A stretch of 64,000 nt of DNA from Penicillus capitatus (taxonomy: Eukaryota; Plantae; Chlorophyta), in contig OZ287698.1 in NCBI GenBank assembly GCA_965649825.1, positions 511,949-575,948 on the forward strand, given 5' to 3'. Under the pieces are notes generated by a model. The model did not search any database and was not told where the DNA came from. It worked only from the letters and a program-made list of their open reading frames with translations. How positions within the stretch are numbered: the stretch's first letter is position 1; each line of letters begins with the position of its first letter. Below are positions 1-11,260 of the stretch, piece after piece. Position numbers and translations under genes: made by a program.

Positions 1-872
1 CAGAGACGACAGAGTTCACACACTTCTCCTTTACGGAAGACTTGAGCATTTCTACCAGCCAGTCATTAAAATCTGCCACGGCCATCTGTTGAATGATGAA
101 ACGCAGATCGTTCATGATCTCATTGAGGAAAGTGTGAAGAATGTCGCTCGTCGTGGATGCGTCATCTGCCGTTTCTCACTCACAAAAGAAGTGTGCTTCC
201 TTAACAGACCTGCCATCTGCTGTTGAATCTCTTCTAAGATATTGAGTGCTTGATAGAGTTTGTGCTCATCGATGTCGACACTCACATCGACACATCTGTG
301 CAGCAGACTGCATGCCCATTCCAAATTGCGCCCTGCATTCAGCAACGTATTTTCCACCTCTTGCAACTCCGCAAACTCCTTCCAACGCGTCAGCAATGCC
401 TCTCCGGATGACTAGAGACACACATCCACCTTCTTTCTGTCCCCGTTCAAACCTCCACCTGAAGATCCGTATTGATGGCTTGGTATTCCTTAGACAAGTT
501 CTCTGCAGATTTCTGTATGGACTCAAGCTCATCGAGTGCGGTGGTAATCGATCCAGTATTGGCCCTGATGGTCATGAAGTCCATGGGAATGTGCACTCAG
601 TTCTGACTTGCCTGGAGAGCACGGCAGCTGATGCATCTGCCTCGTCTATCACTTTCTTCAGGCATTTCTTCACCATCTCGGAGACGGGTTCCGGAACAGA
701 ATTGGTAGAAAAGGGAGAACCCACGTCGACTTGACCATCCAGCACTAATCGAACCTAAACAGAAATATCTGTTGAGCAGACCGCCTCAAATATGCGACAG
801 GACGAGAGGCAAGAGGTCACTGCCGTCGATGGATGCTTCCACCACTTCTTCGATCTGTTTCTGCTCCTCCAT
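1..872 (-). CDS. SEC15: Exocyst component Sec15/EXOC6, 5' part (runs off the window start)
   Basis: Manual splicing gives MEEQKQIEEVVEASIDGSDLLPL|VRLVLDG...KKVIDEADASAAVLSR|ANTGSITTALDELESIQKSAENL..., then ...KLYQALNILEEI... and FNDWLVEML. These match plant Sec15 motifs (DVGPLVR, FIVAVDEL, FYHALK, FNEWLV). Includes a GC-AG intron at 565-611. Confidence 0.7.
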
Positions 873-1000
873 GTTTCCCAGAGAATGCGTACGCATCGCC
901 ACGTTGTGCGTCATCTAGACGGTCGAAGAGATGACGTCACATCAACGATTTCTGCGTTTTTGCCCATTCGGCCGCCAAAGAGTGCCCGTTTGTTTTTTAC
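873..1000. promoter_or_regulatory. 128-bp bidirectional promoter between SEC15 and RPL15
   Basis: Head-to-head ATGs at 872(-) and 1001(+); palindromic TGACGTCA at 932-939. Confidence 0.55.
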
Positions 1001-1857
1001 ATGGGGTCGTCGAAGTACATCCAAGAGCTCTGGCGTAAAAAACAGAGCGACGTTTTGCGTTTTCTGTTGCGCATTCGTTGTTGGGAGTATCGCCAATGGC
1101 GCACGATCGAACGGGTGTCACAGCCGACGCGCCCAGAGAAGGCCCATCGTCTAGGCTACCGTGCGAAACAGGGTTACGTGATCTATCGTATCCGCGTGCG
1201 GCGCGGCGATCGCAAAAGGAAAGTGCCCAAAGTAAGCACGAACGAACATACACTGCGCCTCGTCGCATGCCACGTTTTGGCAATGCTCTCTGTCTGCAGC
1301 ACAGATTTTGGACTCGACCTGGCGAAATGGGCATAGGCGTGTTCCTAACACGCGTTGCGCCCTTTAGGGAATCGTCTATGGCAAACCGGTGAACCAAGGA
1401 GTCACGGCCATCAAGATGAAAAAGAATCTGAGAGCTATCGGCGAGCAACGTGTTGGGAAGAAACTCGGCGGATTGCGCGTCCTCAACTCCTACTGGATCA
1501 ACCAAGTGCACAACAGCGTCCATGACTCCGTTCATATGTCAAAGAGATTCGTGGCAGGATAACAAGTACAAATACTACGAGGTGATTCTCGTGGATCCTT
1601 TCCACGCTGCCATTCGCAACGTGAGTGCCTGTCTCGGGGGAGGAGAGGACTGACGTTGACGTTGTGAATGCTAGGATCCCAAAATCAATTGGATCTGCGA
1701 TCCAGTGCATAAACACCGCGAGCAGCGAGGATTGACATCTGCTGGACGGCAGCACCGTGGATTGCGCGGAAAGGGAGTGGGATATCACAAACTCCGACCT
1801 ACATGGAAGAAAGATTGGAAACGCAGAAACACGCTGAAACTGCGCAGATACCGGTAG
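1001..1857 (+). CDS. RPL15: 60S ribosomal protein L15 (4 exons)
   Basis: [32 protein letters not shown]...[13 protein letters not shown]|[11 protein letters not shown]...LNSYWINQ|[14 protein letters not shown]...RN|DPKINWIC...RRYR*. Introns 1232-1367, ~1507-1557 and ~1621-1674. Confidence 0.97.
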
Positions 1858-2114
1858 ACAGTATCGCATTCAAAAGCGCACGTCCGTCTGCCATTAAACA
1901 AGAATGTTACCGTACGCTCTATGATGCAAAGACGCGATTGGCGAGAACGGTGTCTCGGCGCCACATCAAAGCGGTTAGTACGTGTGACGGTTGTTCGCCT
2001 TCGGGAACATGATATGCGTCTACATTTCCTTCGTCCGTTAAGAGGAACAAGCCGGCGAAATATTTGCATTTCTATCTCCGTTGCACACGCTGACCGCGGA
2101 CGAACATAAACGAG

Positions 2115-3278
2115 ATGAATTTGCGAAGTGTGGGGGTTCTTTGCATTCTCTTCTTTGTCTCGCGTGTGAGCGGTGGTGCCTCTGTGTTCGAACCGACGGG
2201 TCGTTTAATGCTCGTGTCTGTATTCATCAACGAGTTCTTACAGCCAGACAGAAGCACGGCGGCAAATCTGACACTCACGTGCAGCACACGTACGTTCCTT
2301 GTCATTATGGATATGGCCTATGGGATTTCATTTCTCTAGCCTCGCGTGCTGGTCGTCTGGACTTCGAGTACGAGAACCTCTTTTACGGCTTGCGCATTGA
2401 AAGCGATATCTATGATCTGAAAGTCGACTTGTTACCGCACGAGAGCGTACAGTGCGAGCTGACGGAGGATATGTCTGACCAAGAGATGGATAACTCCCAT
2501 GGCAACTGTGAATTGACCTATGCGCGTTTCCTCAGCCCGAGGAACAACACTGTCACGTGCCGATTGAATAGAGGAAGCAAATATGCGCTGCGCATGGACT
2601 GTGGACAAGACTGCCCGCAACCGGTGCCTTCGCCCGAAACGCCTTACTGCAAGAGATCAAAAGTGATGCAGCCTGTGAGCAGTGGTACGCCGAAATCTCG
2701 ACGGCCAAGGATATGGACGATTTCTCTCTAGGCGCATCGCATACCATATCGGATGGGTCTCCCGGTTTCGCCCTGTATGCACCCAATACACACTGTTTTT
2801 GGAAGCTGCCTCGCAAGGGTCTAGGCGCCACGAATTTTCTCATCTCGAGATTGGACCTTGGGAGCGGCGATGTCCTCAATGTCTACGAATCTGCTGATGG
2901 AGTGCGCCGTACAAAGATAAAGGAGTATACCGAATACAGCACGCCGGAATCGGTCGCGACCTCTGCAGACTATCTCGTGCTCGAGCTCAAAACAGACGAC
3001 GTTGATGAGGGGCTCGGATTTGAAGGTTTCTACTACTACACAGAAGATATCATACCCCCTGTTGTCATTACGCCTAAGAAAGAAAGTGTGTCTCCGCTGC
3101 CGGGCACTAGATCTGTGGCTGAAGCATTCTGTTGGTACAGGGAAAAATGGCAACGCATTCTCTTCCCAGTTCACAAGCGTTGGACGCAGATTTATATGAA
3201 AACTGGGCATCTGGCGATGATGATCTTGCCCGGCTGTCTACCTTTCAGGATGTGGATATCCATAGCTATAGCTGCTGA
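2115..3278 (+). CDS. Secreted protein with a C-terminal CUB domain
   Basis: Signal peptide MNLRSVGVLCILFFVSRVSGG. CUB-like segment HTISDGSPG..YAPNTHCFWK...LDLGSGDVLNVYE...LVLELKTDDVDEGLGFEGFY. Short GT-AG introns join the ORF pieces. The last exon frame is ambiguous (stop at 3199 or 3278). Confidence 0.7.
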
Positions 3279-3740
3279 AGATTGTCATTGTACAGCAGAA
3301 GTTCCTATATGAAGTCCAGACCCGTGACTCGCAGCCTTACTGTTTTTTTTCTTCTCCAATAAAGGACGTAACGCCTTGAATTGCTGCCCTGTCGAACGAA
3401 TAAAGAATTCTACAAGGCTTTGTCTACTTCCGGCATGTTGGCTAACATTTAGCTGTCGGGTATAAGTCCTCATGGTTTCCCTTCATCACATGACACGGTG
3501 ACGTTGCTGTCGAGTCACGTAAGGACGCCTTGTTGCCATCAGTGATGTAAGCACCCAGGAACGCATTTACTCGCGTCATCGATCTTCACATCGCGTAACG
3601 TGGTGTCCACGAAGCAACTCGAAAGCGGCAAACGCCAAACGTAAGCTTCGCTTGGATGTGAGGTGACACAAAAGAGCTTGGTCATGTGTTGGAGAAACTA
3701 TGCGGGGGCAGATTTCCAAGGAAGACGTCGGTGTGGAGGA

Positions 3741-3859
3741 GACACGTCATTCGCTACATCCGGCATGGTTACGTAAGCGGTCGTTTGCGATCACCACAGC
3801 TTCGCGAGACGATATCGATGGGATTCGCACCATTCAATGATCATTTATAAAAACGCTGC
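3741..3859 (+). promoter_or_regulatory. GST1 promoter module (GACACGTCATT / ACGTAA / TCACCACAGCTTCGCGA / TATAAAAACGCTGC)
   Basis: The same four blocks with near-identical spacing occur upstream of GST2 (7805-7922), while the spacer sequences differ. Confidence 0.7.
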
Positions 3860-3938
3860 AGACTCGGCTACTCGTTGGCATACAGCGAATCGTTTTCCAA
3901 AGTTGAAACGCTCAATTTTTGTCGCAAGGAAAAGAAAT

Positions 3939-4653
3939 ATGTCGGCGCACGCAGCGTTGCAGGGCGACGTCGTGCTCAAGTATTTCAATCTCGGTCCTGT
4001 CGGCGGACGCGGCGCCGTCGTGCGCAACATGCTTTTCGTGCACGACGTCAAGTTTGAAGCGTCAGACGTGGAATCGTTCGAGGCGTGGCCTGCGGAGAAA
4101 CAACAGTTGATTTCTACGGGTGCGTGTCCAATTGGCACCCTTCCTGTTTGCTACATCGGCGACAAGATCTATTTCGGCCATATCCCTATCGCCCGTTATC
4201 TTGCTGCAAAGGTAAGACGACAGCGTAAGCACAGTCTGAACATTACCTAATGCTCTGCAGTTTGATGCGGTTCACTCGGATCCTGACGTGCGCTATCGCA
4301 GTGACGTTATCATTGACGAGTACATCAACTGGCGCAGTCAGTGGGGAACTGTCCTCCATGACGCAGAAAAGAAGAAAGAATACGAAGAGAAGAGAGAGAA
4401 AATCTATGCTCTCATCGAGAAGCTCTACGAGAATCGCGTTGACAAATCGACGCCGCACTTTATGGGTTTCGAAAAACCCGGCTTCGATGACGTCGCGGTC
4501 TACAGCATGATGTATGATGATCAGATTATGCATGGCAAGCTCGATATGGCAGCCTACCCAACCCTCGAGGAGTTGATGAAGAAGGTTGGTGAGATCCCTC
4601 GCATCGCGGAGTGGGCGAAGGAAGTTGCATCGAAGCCAATGCCTCAGTTTTAA
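3939..4653 (+). CDS. Glutathione S-transferase (Tyr-type, sigma-like), copy 1
   Basis: VLKYFNLGPVGGRGAVVRNML...CPIGTLPVCYIGDKIYFGHIPIARYLAAK | C-terminal helical domain ...GFDDVAVYSMM...YPTLEELMKKVGEIPRIAEW. One intron, 4212-4260. Confidence 0.85.
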
Positions 4654-5339
4654 ATTGAAGTGTTTAACGTGCCATGACTTTAATCTATTTCGTTCACGCA
4701 TTCATGCCTCTCGCCGACGCCGATGTCTGCGTTTCTATATGCGCGAGCTACGTGACCACGACACTTTATTATCCTCGTGTGTGGTCTTCCTTGGATCGTC
4801 GACAGGCAATCTTAGCGGCATGCTACACAAACCAAGAAAGCAATGGACCCCGAGTCGAAATGCCAAAGTATACACATCTTTGAGAACATTGCATGAAGAG
4901 CTCTTCAGTGGAACCGCGTCCCTCATACACGTTTAGATTACATGATTCTGCCTATCCGTCCTTATCACAGTCCCACCCGAGCGCCCAATGCGCCTCTATG
5001 ACCGGTCTCATGCTCCGGTCACAAAGAACACTGCTCTGCTGATCTCTTTCCGAACTTTTCCTTTGATGTTTAACCTAAAAGGGATGTAAGCCAAATCAAT
5101 TATAGACAAACCAGGAAAGCAAGACGGCAGTTACAAAAATCATAACACGGTTTGAGGGTAGGTTTCTTACCCCTTTTCCCAAACGGTGATAATGAGCAAC
5201 AATGTTTGTTGCCTTTACCAGTTCTCGTTTTAATGAACCTTTCTAGGTCTTTAACTTTTTGAAAGACTAGAGAATGAAAAATCGTAAGATAGTTTTAGCA
5301 TCAGTTGTGGAAACATGGTAGAGTTATATCCATAAGTGG

Positions 5340-5950
5340 ACACAAAGATGTTTTCCGCCACATAGACTTCGTATGTTAATCGATAGAATGCGAATTGAGA
5401 GATGAGATACCAAGTGGAGAGGTCTAAAAGATATGGAACCGCCGGAATTTGTAGGCGCACAATTTATCGCCGAAATCAGAACAGTAATAAACGGCAGTGC
5501 TTTGGTTTGTACAAATGATAAATCTTTCAACAAGAAATCTTTTAGTGATTGGTGTGACTACAGTTTGATAGAACCCTAACAACGATTTACCTAGGAGGTA
5601 GATTACGATTTTTTTCGTGACATCAATAAACAAGAAGAGATGATGTTCGGACGTTACTCAAAACACGCACTGCGTTCTCCTTCATATCTCTGAGAGCATA
5701 CAAACACTAAAACTCATACAAGCCATAACTATAGATAAGGAGAACATAATATGTTGTATTTGGAAATTCAAAGAAGCTCGTTCGTCACAGACAACGCTTT
5801 CAATGAGTTTGCCGTATATACACGGACTGCGAGGATAGAATTAGAACAACGAACGAATCATAACCAAAAAGCTCATTTCTTGCACGCAGATAAAAATCGA
5901 TCGCGTAGAAAGGAAATGAATGCACAAAAACCTATCAGTCCTGAGCATGT
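5340..5950 (+). mobile_element. Possible decayed retroviral-type integrase fragment
   Basis: 5406-5579 reads DTKWRGLKDMEPPEFVGAQFIAEIRTVINGSALVCTNDKSFNKKSFSDWCDYSLIEP*, resembling the integrase core (TKW..VA.F..EI...G....TDNG..F...F..WC). HIDF lies upstream in another frame. The region is AT-richer and full of stops. Confidence 0.35.
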
Positions 5951-6286
5951 AATCATATACTGCTTCCGACGATACGCCTGGGAAACACTGTTGGATGTTT
6001 CTTCGTGCCGGATTGTAAAAATTTGTTTCTTCTGCGGTTTTTTACTGTCTTCTGCGCTCTACTGCCAACAGCTTACTTACTGTTCTCTCTTGTTCACTGC
6101 CTGAAGTTAACACGATGCAACGTGCCGAGATGTCGAAGTTTCAAGTGATGGCCAATGACTTCACTGTCGCCGACACACCATGCGTTGCTGGCTCCAGTAC
6201 ATGGTGGACAGAACCCGTCGCGGCCTTTCTCTGCGCCCATACCCGTGAAAAAACAGGGGGCTGTGATTCTCATGGGATGCTCCGGG

Positions 6287-6328
6287 CTGCAGAAGAAAGC
6301 TCTGCAGAAGAAAGCTCTGCAGAAGAAA
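6287..6328. repeat. 15-bp tandem repeat (CTGCAGAAGAAAGCT) x2.8
   Basis: Directly visible. Confidence 0.9.
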
Positions 6329-7624
6329 ATTCGATACCAAAACGATCTTTATTTCCACACAAAGATTCCTATACCTTCGTCAACTTCGATCGTCCGATTA
6401 GATGCTGGAGAGCATTGATCCACGGGAGATGCAACGTTTTCTCAATGAAACATCTCTTCTTGAGGACCAAAGGAGACTTCTTGTGAATCTTGAGAACATT
6501 TAATCGAAGGGTTTGAGGGTAACGTTCATTGGTAAAAGGATAAGAGTCCAATAAATGATCTTACTCGTGAAAGGATCTCTAAAGCGTCTCGCATCGATAT
6601 GTTATCCGATTTAAAGATTTTCGATGGTGTCTTAGGACATGTCATCTCTCGGCCAAAGAAGACGAGAATGCCAAAATAGCTTAGCTATAAAGCAATATTG
6701 CAAGCCGCACTGTTGACGAGATGGAGCGCGATAGGACATGTCTGGAGTTGTGAAGACGATAAAGAAGAATCACGTTGCGCCAGACAAGTCATACCGCGTT
6801 TAAAAGACAAGCGAGAGACTCTGAAGATTCGGTGTTTGTCCTTGTAGAGTTACCCGTTCCTCTAGTCTGTTTCCACTCTAGAAAACGACGACGTAGGACG
6901 CGTTATTCGAGCGACTTTGTGACAACCGACCCCTCCACAACCAGAGAGTACTTGCTGCGTTCAAACGCTTCCGAGGAGCAGAACATGGCCGTCTCGCGGC
7001 AGCGGATCTCTTCCGTCGCCGGGCACAGCAGGTTATTCACGACATCCACATCTTTAGATCTAAACGAAGTTCAGAATACGAAGGCTGAGAGATTTAGGAA
7101 TCTTTACAAAAGACGAAGTAGAACTAAGACGACAAGACGCAAATCTGAACGCTGAGAAGTCGGAGGAACAATTAGACGAGGATAATGACCATCAGGGTGG
7201 GAGACCTGCCCAAAACACGCAGGAAGAGTGCCTTTGCTTAACTTATCGATTTCACGAGGTCGGTTGGAGAACTTTTGTTCTAAGGTGTTCCCACAGGTGT
7301 AGGATGTCGAATGCTTCCTTAGTCGAAACCCGTTTATAACTTCCCCTTTCTGATGCTTTTTACCGAGTTCTTTAAGATATGTCAATTCTTAGCAATAAAC
7401 ATCGGATCAACGTTCTTGTCCGGTCCTTTTACTGTGATCTCGGGAAATGGGGAGACTTGTTAGGTTCTTCGACCGATTCATCGTATTCTCGTTTTCTTAG
7501 TGAATTCAGTTTTAAAAGTCTTGCTATCGAATCACGCATAGATAGACGCCTTGTCGCTGTCGGCGATTTAAGCAAGTAAGAACGTGCCTTGTTCGTGTAT
7601 TTATTGTTATATCTCGAAGATAGG

Positions 7625-7847
7625 AGGTTCGACGATGACACGTCATTAGCGAGCTGTAAAGCAATCACGTCATCACTTGCTATATCACGAAAATAGTCTC
7701 CACGACAAAGGTTCGACGATGACACGTCATTAGCGAGCTGTAAAGCAATCACGTCATCACTTGCTATATCACGAAAATAGTCTCCACGACAAAGGTTCGA
7801 CGATGACACGTCATTAGCGAGCTGTAAAGCAGTCACGTCATCACTTG
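7625..7847. repeat. 84-bp tandem repeat x~2.65 in the GST2 promoter
   Basis: Units start at 7625, 7709 and 7793 and are nearly identical; each holds two ACGTCA motifs. Confidence 0.95.
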
Positions 7848-7922
7848 TCGCCGTCACCGCAGCTTCGCGACACGAAACTGCCGGAATTTGTAGCGTGTCC
7901 CTGCCGGGTATAAAAACGCTGC
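7805..7922 (+). promoter_or_regulatory. GST2 promoter module with TATA box
   Basis: GACACGTCATT (7805), ACGTCA (7835), TCACCGCAGCTTCGCGA (7854), TATAAAAACGCTGC (7909). Confidence 0.7.
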
Positions 7923-7999
7923 GGAGTTCGTTTTATCATTAGCATACGATAGAATTATCCTTCACCTATACTATCCTCGTTTTGGGCGCTATACGAATC

Positions 8000-8711
8000 A
8001 TGTCAGGAAACGGACTGTTGCAGGGCGATATCGTTCTGAAGTTTTTCGAACTCGGTCCTGTGGGAGGACGCGGAGGCGTCGTGCGCAACATGCTCCTCGT
8101 GCACGATATCAAGTTCACAGAATCGAAACTGCCAGCCTTCGAGAACTGGCAGGCAGAAAAAGAAAGATTGATTTCCTCGGGCGAGTGCCCAATTGGAACT
8201 GTCCCAGTGCTCTACGTCAACGGCAAGCCTTACTTTGGCCACATCCCTATTGTTCGTTATCTCGCTGCTAAGGTCAGCTCAGCTGCATCGCTTCGATGTG
8301 ACACTTGATACGCTGCAGTTTGATGCGGTTCACTCGGATCATGAAGTGCGCTATCGCAGTGACGTTATCCTTGACGAGTACACCAACTGGCGCGGATACT
8401 GGGCGAAGTCGCATTTCGATGAAGGCAAAAAACAAGAGTATCTCGAGAAAAGAGAAAAGCTCTACGCCCTCATGGAGAAGCTCTACGAGAATCGCGTTGA
8501 CAAATCGACGCCGTACTTTATGGGTTTCGCAAAACCCGGATTCGATGATGTTGCCATCCACAGCATGATGTATGACGACCAGACCATTTATGGCAAGCTC
8601 GACATGGCAGACTACCCAACACTCGAGAAGTTGTTGAAGAAGGTCAGTGAAGTTCCCCGCGTCGCGGAGTGGATGAAAGAAGTTGCATCGAAGCCAATGC
8701 CATTCACTTGA
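8000..8711 (+). CDS. Glutathione S-transferase, copy 2
   Basis: MSGNGLLQGDIVLKFFELGPVGGRGGVVRNMLLVHDIKF...YFGHIPIVRYLAAK | FDAVHSD...IPRVAEW-like end, KPMPFT*. Same intron position as GST1. Confidence 0.85.
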
Positions 8712-9650
8712 CTGCAGTGTTTAAGGTGACATGACTTTAATCTATTTCTTTTAAACGCTTTCGCCTTTCGCTAGCGTCGATGTCGCGATCCCCGCTGCGA
8801 TATGACCTTTCTTCGATGCTCGAGTCATAAGATATTGATGCTTTTTCCGATCCTTCTCAGGATTCGTTGTTCTCGATACAAAAGGATAACCTTCTCAAAT
8901 GCTTCTTACAGGTCACAACCCTCCATGCGGCTAGTGAACGGCACACCGAGACAGAGGTCTCCTCTTTTCCATCTAAAAATCATCTAGATGCTGCCTGAAA
9001 ACTGTTGACGATCGACTTTCAGCGTTCTTGATACGCATCGGCTTGAAGGATGAGTTACGGTTTCTCGAAATCGTTGATGTATTTCGACACTGACTGATGT
9101 TTGAGCCACACGGTGCTTCTGCAAGAGTTCCTTTTCCTTTGAATCGCGTCATGGCCATTCGATATCATCCATATCGCGCCTCGATAGCTTTCTATCATTA
9201 CTCAATATGGAACGCACATATCCATAGCTTCGTATTTGAGTAGATGTCTCTCGTCTTCGTTGCTTCCTCAGCGAGATGTGATATCTCCGACAACATTCTT
9301 GGATATATCACAGGAATGTCGTCTCGACGCATTTGTCGGCGTCGATATTGAGTTGGCGGATTACGAGGCCATCGTGGTCATGCGATACGTCCGATCCACT
9401 AAATCCGAGACAGACACAGTTGTGAAAGATCGATGCGCTCAACGGAATGTATGCTTTCGGGATGGCGAACATCGTGTGACCCTATCCTGTTGGCGTGCGC
9501 ACTTTCAATTGACGAATAAACCGATAGAAATCCATGGCTTGCCTGGAACTGGGCGACGCAACGCCAACGCGCATTTCTCAGAATGACAAGACAGTGACAA
9601 AACACGTCAAAGACTCCGTCTCTGCATACGCATTCCATTTCTCGTCAAGA

Positions 9651-11260
9651 ATGTGGCTCTATCTGTTTGCGGTGTTCGTTGTATGGAAAGCGACTTCGTG
9701 GCTCTGGATGCGATGGAATTACGACCTGCACAAGATTCCTTCTCCACCCAGCGTGCCATTCCTGGGTCACGCTTTGCGTTTCATCAAAGTGACCAAAGAA
9801 AACATCCCGATGTACGAGCATTTCAACAAATGGCGTCAAGATCTTGGTGCTCCCAAGATTATGCGCGTACATCTCTTCTTCGCACGGTAGACGTAGCAAC
9901 TCTTGTGGCGCAGCTGCTTCTTAGGAACACGACTTACCTCGTTGTCTTTGACACTGGATTTATAAGAGACGTCATTCTGTCGAGGCACAACGGATTGCCG
10001 AAAGCGCAGTCCTTTGTTGAAGATTCTAAACCAGTATGATCTCCTTTATGTGAAAAACGTCCGACAAAATGCGTTTAGATTCTGCTCGATGTCCCATGCA
10101 AACTGCCCTTGGTGATTACAAAGGACGTAACGCCGTATGTCAAAGCCATGCGTCGTGCACTGAGTGCTTGCATGAACTCTGCGGTGTTCGAAGCAGCCGC
10201 ACCACGTGTGCAGAGAATACTCACGCGTATGATAACGGTGGTGGAGCAGGAACGCGAAAGAGGGCCGATCGATGTCGAATCTCTGTTTAAGCGAACAGCC
10301 CTTGACAACATCGGCGCCTTTGCCTTTGATTTCGACTTTGGCGCCCTGGATCGCACAAAACCGTGTTACGAATGCATGAAAGCATGCGGCAGACACACCC
10401 GAGACATCTCTCTAAGTCCGCTGCTCAAGATGCAGATGAAGTTACTTCCATGGATGCATCGCTGTCGTAAGATCCAATCCGATTTGGACGACCTCATGTG
10501 TATCTGGCGCACCATCGCTGTCGACATCCGAAAGAGATCGGATACGGCGAACAGCGAAAAGAGCATATGGGAAGTGCTAAAGAATTTTAGAGATCCAGAG
10601 ACGGATGATCTGTTGCCTGTGGAACTACTGAAAGCGGAGGTGGCCACTCTGACCTTCGGAGCCACTGATACCGTAGGACACACACTCGGATGGACCTTCG
10701 CTCTTTTGGCTACCTATCCTCGAGTGACGGAAAAAATAGTTGACGAACTGAAGCGCCACGGACTTTGCGGTCCCGATTCCCGAGAGGTGGTCTTCTCCGA
10801 CGTTGCCGCATTGGAATACATTACAGCTGTGTTGAAAGAGTCCATGCGCTTGGCACACGTCGCCGTTTTCATTACCAGGAAGTGTACGGAAGAAGATATG
10901 GTTGTCCTCGGGTATCGCGTGCCGAAAGGGACACATTTCTTTCTGCCAAGTCATACGATGATGCGGCATAATGGGGATTGGAATGCACCTGAGGATTTTA
11001 TTCCCGAGAGGTGGTTGTCTGGAGAAGATATGTCAGAGAAGTATTATTTTCCGTTCTCTGGCGGCGCACGAAACTGCATTGGCCAAAGATTTGCAATGGC
11101 TTTCATGCGATGGTGCATGGCTATCTTCATTGCAAAGTATTCTTTCGAATGGAGCGAAGAAAACTCTTCTTTTGAATCGCAATTTGCAAAGATCGTTCAT
11201 GGGACAGTAATTCAGTCCTATGACGGAATTCGATTGCGCATCAGAAGACGCGTCTTCTGA
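9651..11260 (+). CDS. Cytochrome P450 (3 exons)
   Basis: N-terminal membrane anchor and PSPP hinge; I-helix FGATDT, K-helix ESMR, PERW and heme motif FSGGARNCIG are all intact. Confidence 0.93.

Noticed and set aside
745-800. Apparent premature stop or frameshift in SEC15
   Set aside because: A 49-nt GTCCTG...TTTAG intron removes it and yields DLLPL|VRLVLDG, matching Sec15.
3218-3279. C/D-box snoRNA (ATGATGA...CTGA)
   Set aside because: No terminal stem; the boxes coincide with GAT GAT GAT codons and the TGA stop of the likely last CUB-gene exon.
7625-7847. CRISPR-like array
   Set aside because: Whole 84-bp units are repeated with no unique spacers, there are no cas genes, and the context is eukaryotic.
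6115-7857. ORFs of 120-140 aa between GST1 and GST2
   Set aside because: They are partly kept open by tandem repeats (15-bp and 84-bp, both multiples of 3), and no domain was recognised.
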